Assembly (NCBI GenBank): GCA_016211245.1
Contig: JACQSQ010000013.1
Location: 796 to 64,795 of the forward strand
Origin: Candidatus Woesearchaeota archaeon
Lineage (GTDB): Archaea > Nanobdellota > Nanobdellia > Woesearchaeales > GW2011-AR4
Length of the DNA: 64,000 nt
Direction of reading: 5' to 3'
Every line of letters begins with the position of its first letter. The first letter of the stretch is position 1. The translations under genes and the position numbers were made by a program. The notes under the pieces are model-generated. The model had not been told where the DNA came from, ran no database searches, and saw only the letters and a list, made by a program, of their open reading frames with translations. Positions 29,086-37,673 of this stretch are shown in pieces.

Positions 29086-30057
29086 ATGAGCAATTTTGAA
29101 ACTACTAAGAAAGATTTGGATATACTGTTTGAACTAAGCCTGAATGCAAGAGCCACTATCACACAGATTGCCAAAAAAGTAAAATTGTCAAAACAAGTGG
29201 TAAGTTACAGGCTTAGTTTGCTGGAGAAGAATAAAGTTATCTTGGGATACTATGCGATAACCAATATCTATATGCTTGGAAAAACACATTATCGTGTATT
29301 TGTCAAATACCAAAATATGAGTTCTGAAACTGAAGAGGAGTTTATGAATTATTTAATCAAAAATCCTAAAATCGTGTGGATTGCTTATTTTGACGGTGAT
29401 TGGGATGCGGCATTTTTAGTGTGGGCCGATAATGTCAGAGAATTTGAAGGAATATTTGATGAGATCAATGAAAAATTTGGTATTTATTTTCAACAAAAAT
29501 ATTTTTCCATTGCTACTAAGATAGAATATCTAAAGTTTAAATTTCTTAACAATAACATAAATACTTCTTCCATAATTTTTGGAAATTGTTATTCTAATCA
29601 CAAACTGGATAAACTTGACAGTAATCTAGTCAATGAATTAAATTTAAACGGGAGAGCCACTCTTGTCAGTTTGGCCAATAAATACAATTCTTCAGCCAAA
29701 GTTATCAAAGAAAGAATAGATAAGCTTCAGAGAAACAGAATTATTGTCGGATACAACATTAAACTAAATCATAATCTTTTGGGGTATACGCACAGAAAAG
29801 TACTATTAAAATTGAGTAACACGTCAAAAGAAAAAATTGACCAATTGTCAACTTACCTAAAAAATCACAAAAACTTTATTTACTTGGTAAAGCCAATAGG
29901 AGATTATGATTATGAGTTTGAATTAATGACAAAATCTAATGAAGAATTTCACGAGATAATCAAAGACATAAGGTCTAAATTTGCAGAAGAAATTAAGAGC
30001 TACAACACAGTTATCCATTATAAAGAACCGAAGTCTGGACAATCTTACAATTTTTGA
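29086..30057 (+). CDS. tandem (duplicated) Lrp/AsnC-family transcriptional regulator
   Basis: Two successive units each with HTH_AsnC-type N-terminus (LDILFELSLNARATITQIAKKVKLSKQVV; LDSNLVNELNLNGRATLVSLANKYNSS) followed by RAM-like domain; ORF track start 29038 is TTG, ATG 29086 more likely. Confidence 0.55.
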   Translation: MSNFETTKKDLDILFELSLNARATITQIAKKVKLSKQVVSYRLSLLEKNKVILGYYAITNIYMLGKTHYRVFVKYQNMSSETEEEFMNYLIKNPKIVWIAYFDGDWDAAFLVWADNVREFEGIFDEINEKFGIYFQQKYFSIATKIEYLKFKFLNNNINTSSIIFGNCYSNHKLDKLDSNLVNELNLNGRATLVSLANKYNSSAKVIKERIDKLQRNRIIVGYNIKLNHNLLGYTHRKVLLKLSNTSKEKIDQLSTYLKNHKNFIYLVKPIGDYDYEFELMTKSNEEFHEIIKDIRSKFAEEIKSYNTVIHYKEPKSGQSYNF

Positions 30058-30062
30058 GTTTT

Positions 30063-31124
30063 TTATTCCTTTCTCTCAACAGCCTTCATCAGGAAATTTA
30101 CCTTAATCCAAGGCGGATACTCGGGCATATCATTTTTGCCCAGTCCAAACTCATAGAAAGTGCTTTTGCCCTCACTTGATGCTTTCCTGAATCCCCGGTT
30201 TTCATACAAAGGCTTTATTCTCCAGTTGCTTTCTGTCTCAACAAGCTTGCCAACAACTTTATTGACAGAATTCTCTTTTGCGTAATGCAAAATCGCGACA
30301 ACCAAGGCAGAGCCAATGCCCCTCCCCATAGTTCTGCATGAAACAGTCAAGTCCCTTATGAACCATCCATAATCCTTTTGCTCAATTATGGTTTCTGCGA
30401 TCAGCCCATATTCGCCAAATTTGTCATTTAATTCAACAACCATCACAATGTCATGATTTTTTTCGAATGATTCTTTTAGCTGCTCCAGGCTATACCTATT
30501 TGTCGTTGCATTGAGCTCATTGGTCCTGTTAAGCAATTGAGTGACTCTTGGCCAATCTTCTTCCTCAACAGGCCTTACAGTCATCACCATATCGCATTGC
30601 ATCAGGAATTCCTTGAAATCGCCTTTGTGGCTTTTCTCTGCTTCTTCGCGATTTCTCTGCTCTTTCAACAACCGAACTCTTTTTTTGTCCTCTTCTGTGG
30701 CATTCAATGGCATCACACTTTCAAGCCCCAGGACATCCAATGGATCCAACGCGTCAAAAATATTTATTTCGGGAATCTGGGATTTCACCTCAGCCCTTTG
30801 GAAAGGATCATCATCCACAAAAAGCATTTCATCATAAGAAACATTAAATAAGCCTGCAAGCTTTTTGATCGCATCTGACTTCAAGCCCCATCCGATCTCG
30901 GGCTTTTCAAAATATTTTTCTATTTCAAATTTTTTAAGGATATTCTCAACATCCTCATAATAGTTCTTGCTGCAGATTGTGTTTTTTATGCCCCTTTTGC
31001 CCAGTTCTTTAAGAGCTTCTTTTGTGCCGGGCTTTATCTTGACATTTTCCTTGTCTTTATAGAAAACTGTGCCATCCCAGAGAGTGTTGTCGCCGTCCCA
31101 AATCACCAGCCTGATCCTTTTCAT
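30063..31124 (-). CDS. FkbH-like HAD-IIIC phosphatase domain fused to GNAT acetyltransferase
   Basis: RLVIWDGDNTLWDGT (HAD-IIIC DxDxT), central linker, C-terminal GNAT fold (TVSCRTMGRGIGSALVVAILHYAKE). Confidence 0.6.
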   Translation of the reverse strand: MKRIRLVIWDGDNTLWDGTVFYKDKENVKIKPGTKEALKELGKRGIKNTICSKNYYEDVENILKKFEIEKYFEKPEIGWGLKSDAIKKLAGLFNVSYDEMLFVDDDPFQRAEVKSQIPEINIFDALDPLDVLGLESVMPLNATEEDKKRVRLLKEQRNREEAEKSHKGDFKEFLMQCDMVMTVRPVEEEDWPRVTQLLNRTNELNATTNRYSLEQLKESFEKNHDIVMVVELNDKFGEYGLIAETIIEQKDYGWFIRDLTVSCRTMGRGIGSALVVAILHYAKENSVNKVVGKLVETESNWRIKPLYENRGFRKASSEGKSTFYEFGLGKNDMPEYPPWIKVNFLMKAVERKE

Positions 31125-31151
31125 ATTGAGAAATAAAGATTTGGAATATAT

Positions 31152-34100
31152 TTAAACCTTTGGTTCACTCATCTTGCGCAGTATCTGATAAACGACCAAC
31201 AAAACAACAACCACAATAATCGCAGTCCAGATTATCGCAGCAAGGTTATTTTTCTTTTTCCCCGTATCCTCCATTTTATTTTCTTGTTCTGCTGGCTGTT
31301 CAGTTATGGCATCTGCTTGAATCTGGGTTTCTTCTATTGGAGCTATTGGCTCTGGTACAGGCTCAGGAGCTTTTTCTTTTGCGCCTATTGCAAATACGCT
31401 AAAACCAGGAGTTGAAGACTGGTAAAACGCATTGTTGGCATCGCTTGAAACTTTTGCCGTAGCCAATTCATTCCATTTGTCTTGGGCATATCTAAATAAT
31501 ATGACATCATCTTCATTAACCGAGTTGCTCAAAAGCCAAGCTTTTGGGACTTTAAAGCTGATGGTTATCGTTAATGCGTCGGAATCAGCAATATTTGCTT
31601 TCGTGATTTTCAAATACTGGTAAATACTCGATGCAGCATTCATGGCCAAAGGGTTTGACTCTAGGGCTTCAACAGAAAGATCAACGTTTGTCAGTGTGTT
31701 CTGGACATCGGCTTTTATCTCTGTTATTGCTATATTGTCGTTTTTTACAGCCAAAATCGCAGTTGTTCCGGCTTTAATTATATCCCACCTGCTTGATGCG
31801 GATTTGGTCACATCAACCTTAACATCTCCTCCTCCACCGCCTCCTCCCCCCCCTCCGCCTCCGCCAGAGCTGCTGCTTGAGCTGCTGCTACTGCTGCTAG
31901 ACGATGTTCCGGGAACTCCGCCGGCATAAGTTGAGAAGAGGCATGGCATTTTCCATATGCAGTAATCCGAGCCTGTTTCATTCAAACTCACGCCAGCTTG
32001 GGTGTCTCTTCTTACGCAATTTGCAAGGTTGTCATCGCAATGGTATAGCCTATCGCATGAGCCAGTTCCTTTATCTATTTGTATCATGCAGGACTTCGGA
32101 TGGAATTTGTCAACCAGTTTATTCGAAACTTCTTTGCTTAGGCCTGTATATCCGACAGTAGTGCCTGATGTGGTTGAGGTGGTGCCATTTTTGACGCCGC
32201 CAGCTGTATTCACGTTTCTGATTTCTTCGTTATGCGCAAAGCTTCTTGTTAGCCTGACATCAAGGAAGAATAAGGTTGTATTAGAAGAATTATCTCTAAG
32301 CCGTAAATTTACATTTCTAGCGGTTGTGTAGTTTATTAGTATTCCGGCGTTTGCTCCGCACTGCCTATGCAATTGTGTTTCATAAGTTCCATTGTTGTCC
32401 AAATCAAGATCCAAAATCCAGCCTGATGGCAGGCTCATATCAAATATAAAGCTGCACTTCTTGCATTTTGCCGCAGAGATTGCTGTGGTGAAATTTGAGC
32501 ATGCACTTTGCGCGCAATTACCTGCATGGTCACATATCTTTAATTTATAGTAATAAGTCTTGTTTCCGCTTAGAGTGTAATTCAATGAATTTGTGCCTGT
32601 GTCATTATACAATTCAACCTCATGCCAATTCTTGTATTTTTGGGTATTATTGTTAAAAATGCCAACATCATATAAAGTTTTGTTTAAAGTTACACAATTA
32701 GTTGAGTTATAATAGAAATCCACGCTGCCATTTGTAGGCTCATCTGTGTCGAAGCCTAATAGCGCAGCATCTGGGTATTTTTCAACATTCAAATAAACAA
32801 TTTTTGGAGCAAATGTATCTACAAATCCAGAAGCTTCAACTCCAAGACTGTTTTCCACGCAATATTGATTGCCTTTGCAGTCATAATCGTTGCAATCAGT
32901 TAGGGTGTCAAAATCCTCATCTACACCATTTCCGAAGCAGTCCTCAAATGGAATATACCCTTTATTTATCATAAAGAAGCATTCAGGATCATTTTGAGGA
33001 GACAAGCCATCACCATCACAATCAAGACTTTGATCACCGGTGCCCCAGCAGCATTCTGGTGTAAAGTCTATTGTGCCTGGTGTAAAGAATGAAGGCCCTA
33101 CAGTATCTAAAGGCGAGCTTTCATTTGTTGATTCGTTTGCTGTGGCTGAATAAAGCCTCAAATTAGCTGATAAATTCAGCAAGCCGCTGATTTTTGTGAT
33201 GTCATCCTTGTTAACACTAACCATGCCGCCTTGGATTTCGTTGCACATTTTTTGTTTCCAAGCGCTGAGTTGTATGTCTGTTGCTTTCCACTCGCTGCTA
33301 ATGCACCTATGCGCTTTTTTGAGTTCAGTTACAGAGCCATTGACGTAACTAGCCTCGTATCTGAAATATAGATCCCAGCCAACGCTGCTGCTATTTGAGT
33401 TCAAAGCGCATCCTCCTGTTGTTTTTCCATCAGAGTCCATATACCAATAGAATTTAGCAGTGTTATTTCCTGAGCCAACTCCTTGCCATGTGGTAACGCC
33501 ATTGCACATAGCGGCATCTTTAATGTTGATTACTCCAGTTCCCAAACCAAAATTGTCTTTGCTGTCTTTCATTCCGAAGTAGCATACATCACTGAATGCA
33601 GAAATACCAGTTTCCGGGCAGGGATCATTGCCTAAGGGTATTGGAGGGCTTTCCATATCCATTCCAGTGAACATCTGCATAGTGGCTGCCGAATCACACC
33701 AGCCGCTGCGCCAAGTGCCATTCAAGCTTGTGCATTGGGATTCTGTAGTTGAGTTGAACACTTTCGGCTCACACGAAGAGTAATTTGATGAGACTGTACC
33801 TGTGCTCGCTATACTCCAATTTTTCCAGAAGCATAGAGGATCAGCGTTGCATTGTGTTTGGTCAGATGCAAGTGTATAATTCCACCAGCACCTATTCCCT
33901 TTTTGGTCGCACCAACCATTATTCGCGTCAAAGCCTGTCCAGGAGCAATTTATATTTGTATTACAAGAAGATTGAAGCTTATAGTTGAAACAGTCAGTGT
34001 TATAGCTTATATCGCACATCGGATTTGGGTCTGGCAGCCACTTGCAGTTTGTCTGGTTGCTGCAAACAGTTTGTGTTTCGTACTGGAAACAGCTGAACAC

Positions 34101-37100
34101 TTGCGTTCCGTTGCCTCCAAATCCCGTAGGGTCGCACCAGCCGTTATTGCTTTTGCACATGCCATTTGTGCTGCAATCGCTGCCTAAATTAAAACATCCA
34201 GATTCACAATAGCCTCCTGTTGGAGACCAAGGGTCAAAGCGCCATGAGCAGCTTAAATTACCCCCAATTGTGGAATTTGCATTATTACAAGCAGTTTGAT
34301 TTGACATTAAAGTTTGGTTGAAATGGCATATCTCATGCCTATGGCCGCACCATCCTGTAGTGCCGCCAATGCTTCCCATATGGGCGTCAACAAACCAATA
34401 ACACCTGCTATTGCCATTACAATCGCTTTGGCTTAAAGGTGCGCATTCGTCCCATACTGAAGAATTTAAGTTGCACGTATTTGAGCCAGATGCATGCCAC
34501 TCGCAAGAAGCATTTTCCCTGGCGCAACTAGTTTGATCGCCATCATTTTGCCAGCAAACTGCAGATTTTTGGTCGCACCAGCTGCCATATGTGTCATTGA
34601 ACCATCTGCAATCATTGTCAACACAGCTTGCATTATTTGAGTACTGCCAGCAATCTTTAATGGAAGTTCCTCCGCAAAATGGATCTGTAAAGCAGCCACC
34701 GTCAGCACAATCTACTTTTGCGTCTCCATCATTATCACTACCATCAAAGCAAATTTCAGTAGCGCCTGTATCCTCTGCTGTGGATGATTTTTTGCATAGC
34801 CCAAGAGTAGCATCCCATGTGCATGAGCCATTAACTCCTCTTCCCCTTTCTACACAGGATTTCTGGTCATTACAATTTCCACATCTGTCAAGGCATGTTG
34901 TTGTGCCGGCAGAAGCGCAAGAGCCCTTTGTAGAGTCCAAAGGATCTATTTTCCAATCGCATTTGGCGTCCAAGCATTTTGTTTTTGCATTTACTTCATT
35001 ATAAACGTTGCAAGCATCACAATTATTTGAGTCACATTTGCTTACACTTCCATCTTTAAACTCCTTGCTTGCCTCGCAATAGCCAAAACCATTAGGCGCT
35101 ATGCCATCAGTGCGCCACACGCAAAACCCTAATGCTGAAGACTCGCAGGCTGTTCTTGCAGCTTCTACGTTTGTGTAATTTGTGCCATCCGTCTTGAATT
35201 CGCATCTAAAGCATCCTATATCACAGTTGCCTCCTTGAGAGCCTAACTTTGGCGCGCATCTTCCAGATGTTATAGAGGCATTTGTCAGATTGCCAGTGCC
35301 GCAATAGCTTTCTGTAACCCATAAACCACCCACACCCTTTTCACACATGTCCCTATTATCCACTAAATCGATGTCGCCTTCTTCGCCTTGGGCAAAGAAT
35401 GAATCACCCTTAAACTCGCAATGCTTTGTTGCGTTATTCCACTTGCAAGGCATATACCATGGGTTATTAGCTATTTCCTTGCATTTGCTTTCTGAGTCAT
35501 AAGCATTGTAGTCATCACAATAAGTGGCTCCTTCAGGAGGCTTTTTTAGGTTGTCCCAGCATTTTGTTGAAAATTTATTTTCAGAGCAACTACCGGCCTG
35601 CCATTCACAGCAATGAGGCAAAAATGTAGCACTATTGCATAGATTAGAATTATTAAGTAATGTACAATTTAATCCATTTGCATATATACCATTTGCTATA
35701 TCAACTGCGACAAGGGTGCTTACATTGCATTGGTTTAATGTGGTATCATACCTGCAGCCAGTTGTATTTGAGCATGAGCTTTGGTTTTGGTCGAAAATCC
35801 AGCAGCCTGGAGCAACAAAAGTGCCTCCAATTGCGCCTCCTTCAGTGCCTGCTGTAGGATCGTTGCATTTGGATCCTAGGGAATCCCACCAGCACCATGC
35901 AGAGTCAAAGCATTTTTTCTCATCTGTTATATTAGTGCAGCTAAAGACAGAAGTAAAGTTTTGATAACATGAGCCACCCCAAGTAAGGTTTTCATATACA
36001 CAACTTAATCCGTACCCATTATTTTCACAAGTGCTTTTATTGCCTTGGTGCCATTCGTCAAAACTCCAGCAGCCAACGCTTTCACACCATCCAGTTGTTG
36101 CGTAAGTAGATATTTGCCAGGTGCAGTTTTTGTTAGCATATCCTAGGGATCCTTTGCAGCTAGTTTCATCTACATTTTGCCAGCATGACCTTGTCTCGCA
36201 CCAAGGATTGTTCCAAGCGCATGTAAGGCCTGCAATTCCGGTACTCTGGCAGCCGGATTGGTTATTGTTGAATGTATAACAGTTAAATTCCTGGCAATAA
36301 TTGTACTTTGAATCCCATTTGCAATTTAATGTGTCGGTTGTGTTCGTGCATGAGGCTTGTGATTGATGCTTTGTGTCCCAGCATCCAATATCAGAACAAT
36401 AACCATAATTAGTCCAGTAACAATCAACATCTGAATTGCATGCAGCTTGTGATGTATAGTCCCAGCAGCCTCTTTGCCAGCAAGCGCCCCACTTGCAGCC
36501 TGTTGTGTTTCTGCACTTTGCCTCATTTGTTGAGATATTGACTCCACTACATTGCCAGTTTCCAAAGCAATGAGATGCACTGCCGTTAGTTGTCGTGTTC
36601 ACAGGAACTAAAGCCGGACCATATATGCAATCTAGTCCATAAGCATCAGTATCATCTTCGCAAGCCGTTTCGTTTGTGCCGTCATAATTCCAGCATTGTA
36701 TTTCTGTGCACCATGTATAGGTTTGAACTTTAGAGCCTTGCCATAAGCATGTGCCATTCAAATGACCAGAAGCATTTGCATTTTTACACCCGCTTTCTGT
36801 GTAAAAACTCCAGCAGCCAAGCTCTTCGCACCATCCTGTGCCCCAAGCATCATTTCGCCAAGTGCATTGTGAGTTATTTTGGCAGTTTGTCTTGTCAGAA
36901 TATGTCCAGCAGGTTGTTACTCCAAATGCAAAGTTGGCAAATACAAAAAATAAGAGGATAACCGCTACTAGAAAAAATAAGAATATAGATAATTGAAGCC
37001 CTCTTTTTCCTAACATTAATGCACCATTAGTTAATGTTATTTTATCATGAAAGCGCTTATATTTAAACATTCCGAAATTCAGGTTTGAGGCCCTAAAGTT

Positions 37101-37130
37101 AAGAAAACCATTAAACAATTCGAGACCCAT
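31152..37130 (-). CDS. giant (1992 aa) secreted Cys/Trp-repeat surface (glyco)protein with C-terminal TM anchor; S-layer/cell-surface protein candidate
   Basis: Signal peptide likely from Met39 (MLGKRGLQLSIFLFFLVAVILLFFVFANFAFG, start about 37016). About 1000 aa of CxW-type Cys-rich repeats. Dozens of N-X-S/T sequons. Beta-rich central region. Ser14-Gly13 linker (31827-31907). PGF-containing domain (PGF at 31401-31409). PEPVPEPIAP linker. Terminal TM helix (31179-31244) followed by RKMSEPKV. Confidence 0.8.
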   Translation of the reverse strand: MGLELFNGFLNFRASNLNFGMFKYKRFHDKITLTNGALMLGKRGLQLSIFLFFLVAVILLFFVFANFAFGVTTCWTYSDKTNCQNNSQCTWRNDAWGTGWCEELGCWSFYTESGCKNANASGHLNGTCLWQGSKVQTYTWCTEIQCWNYDGTNETACEDDTDAYGLDCIYGPALVPVNTTTNGSASHCFGNWQCSGVNISTNEAKCRNTTGCKWGACWQRGCWDYTSQAACNSDVDCYWTNYGYCSDIGCWDTKHQSQASCTNTTDTLNCKWDSKYNYCQEFNCYTFNNNQSGCQSTGIAGLTCAWNNPWCETRSCWQNVDETSCKGSLGYANKNCTWQISTYATTGWCESVGCWSFDEWHQGNKSTCENNGYGLSCVYENLTWGGSCYQNFTSVFSCTNITDEKKCFDSAWCWWDSLGSKCNDPTAGTEGGAIGGTFVAPGCWIFDQNQSSCSNTTGCRYDTTLNQCNVSTLVAVDIANGIYANGLNCTLLNNSNLCNSATFLPHCCEWQAGSCSENKFSTKCWDNLKKPPEGATYCDDYNAYDSESKCKEIANNPWYMPCKWNNATKHCEFKGDSFFAQGEEGDIDLVDNRDMCEKGVGGLWVTESYCGTGNLTNASITSGRCAPKLGSQGGNCDIGCFRCEFKTDGTNYTNVEAARTACESSALGFCVWRTDGIAPNGFGYCEASKEFKDGSVSKCDSNNCDACNVYNEVNAKTKCLDAKCDWKIDPLDSTKGSCASAGTTTCLDRCGNCNDQKSCVERGRGVNGSCTWDATLGLCKKSSTAEDTGATEICFDGSDNDGDAKVDCADGGCFTDPFCGGTSIKDCWQYSNNASCVDNDCRWFNDTYGSWCDQKSAVCWQNDGDQTSCARENASCEWHASGSNTCNLNSSVWDECAPLSQSDCNGNSRCYWFVDAHMGSIGGTTGWCGHRHEICHFNQTLMSNQTACNNANSTIGGNLSCSWRFDPWSPTGGYCESGCFNLGSDCSTNGMCKSNNGWCDPTGFGGNGTQVFSCFQYETQTVCSNQTNCKWLPDPNPMCDISYNTDCFNYKLQSSCNTNINCSWTGFDANNGWCDQKGNRCWWNYTLASDQTQCNADPLCFWKNWSIASTGTVSSNYSSCEPKVFNSTTESQCTSLNGTWRSGWCDSAATMQMFTGMDMESPPIPLGNDPCPETGISAFSDVCYFGMKDSKDNFGLGTGVINIKDAAMCNGVTTWQGVGSGNNTAKFYWYMDSDGKTTGGCALNSNSSSVGWDLYFRYEASYVNGSVTELKKAHRCISSEWKATDIQLSAWKQKMCNEIQGGMVSVNKDDITKISGLLNLSANLRLYSATANESTNESSPLDTVGPSFFTPGTIDFTPECCWGTGDQSLDCDGDGLSPQNDPECFFMINKGYIPFEDCFGNGVDEDFDTLTDCNDYDCKGNQYCVENSLGVEASGFVDTFAPKIVYLNVEKYPDAALLGFDTDEPTNGSVDFYYNSTNCVTLNKTLYDVGIFNNNTQKYKNWHEVELYNDTGTNSLNYTLSGNKTYYYKLKICDHAGNCAQSACSNFTTAISAAKCKKCSFIFDMSLPSGWILDLDLDNNGTYETQLHRQCGANAGILINYTTARNVNLRLRDNSSNTTLFFLDVRLTRSFAHNEEIRNVNTAGGVKNGTTSTTSGTTVGYTGLSKEVSNKLVDKFHPKSCMIQIDKGTGSCDRLYHCDDNLANCVRRDTQAGVSLNETGSDYCIWKMPCLFSTYAGGVPGTSSSSSSSSSSSSSGGGGGGGGGGGGGDVKVDVTKSASSRWDIIKAGTTAILAVKNDNIAITEIKADVQNTLTNVDLSVEALESNPLAMNAASSIYQYLKITKANIADSDALTITISFKVPKAWLLSNSVNEDDVILFRYAQDKWNELATAKVSSDANNAFYQSSTPGFSVFAIGAKEKAPEPVPEPIAPIEETQIQADAITEQPAEQENKMEDTGKKKNNLAAIIWTAIIVVVVLLVVYQILRKMSEPKV

Positions 37131-37231
37131 GCGTTCTCCTGACTATAATGGGTGCCCATCTTCATATTTATATCCTAAAAGCACAGTTTAATGGGACAGA
37201 ATAGACGAAGGTGCTTAAGTTAAGAGTCTCT

Positions 37232-37666
37232 TCAATTTTTACTGCTTTTTGAATTGCAAGACGCATAAAGCAAATACCCGGCAACACCCCCTGCAATTCC
37301 CAAAAGCAAGTCCTGCATTGTGTTAAAAAGGCTAGGCTGCCGCATTGCATTGTCAATCAAGTCAAGGATGAATTCCAAAAATTCCCAGACCATGGCAGTA
37401 AAAGCCACCAAAGTAACAACAAAAGCAAAAAACACCAGCTTATGGGCTTTGAAGTGCCCCTTTTTCTCCAGCTTTTTAAGAAGCAAAGAATAACTGGCGC
37501 CTATGGCAACCCCTCCGATAAAATGCATCGGTATGTCAACCCATTCAATTTTCCTGTACAGGTCAGGATAAGCCAAGAAAGCATGCACTATTAAAACAGC
37601 GATTGGAAATGCGAATATCCTGAGCAACTCAACAAGACTGATGCCAAAGAATTCGGGCCTTTTCAT
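37232..37666 (-). CDS. small 4-TM membrane protein of unknown function
   Basis: Hydrophobicity pattern only. Confidence 0.3.
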   Translation of the reverse strand: MKRPEFFGISLVELLRIFAFPIAVLIVHAFLAYPDLYRKIEWVDIPMHFIGGVAIGASYSLLLKKLEKKGHFKAHKLVFFAFVVTLVAFTAMVWEFLEFILDLIDNAMRQPSLFNTMQDLLLGIAGGVAGYLLYASCNSKSSKN

Positions 37667-37673
37667 TTAACTG

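Noticed and set aside
31827-31907. C-rich and GCT-rich simple repeat considered as a possible CRISPR or non-coding microsatellite
   Set aside because: It is in frame within the giant ORF and encodes a Gly13-Ser14 linker. It has no spacer/repeat periodicity.
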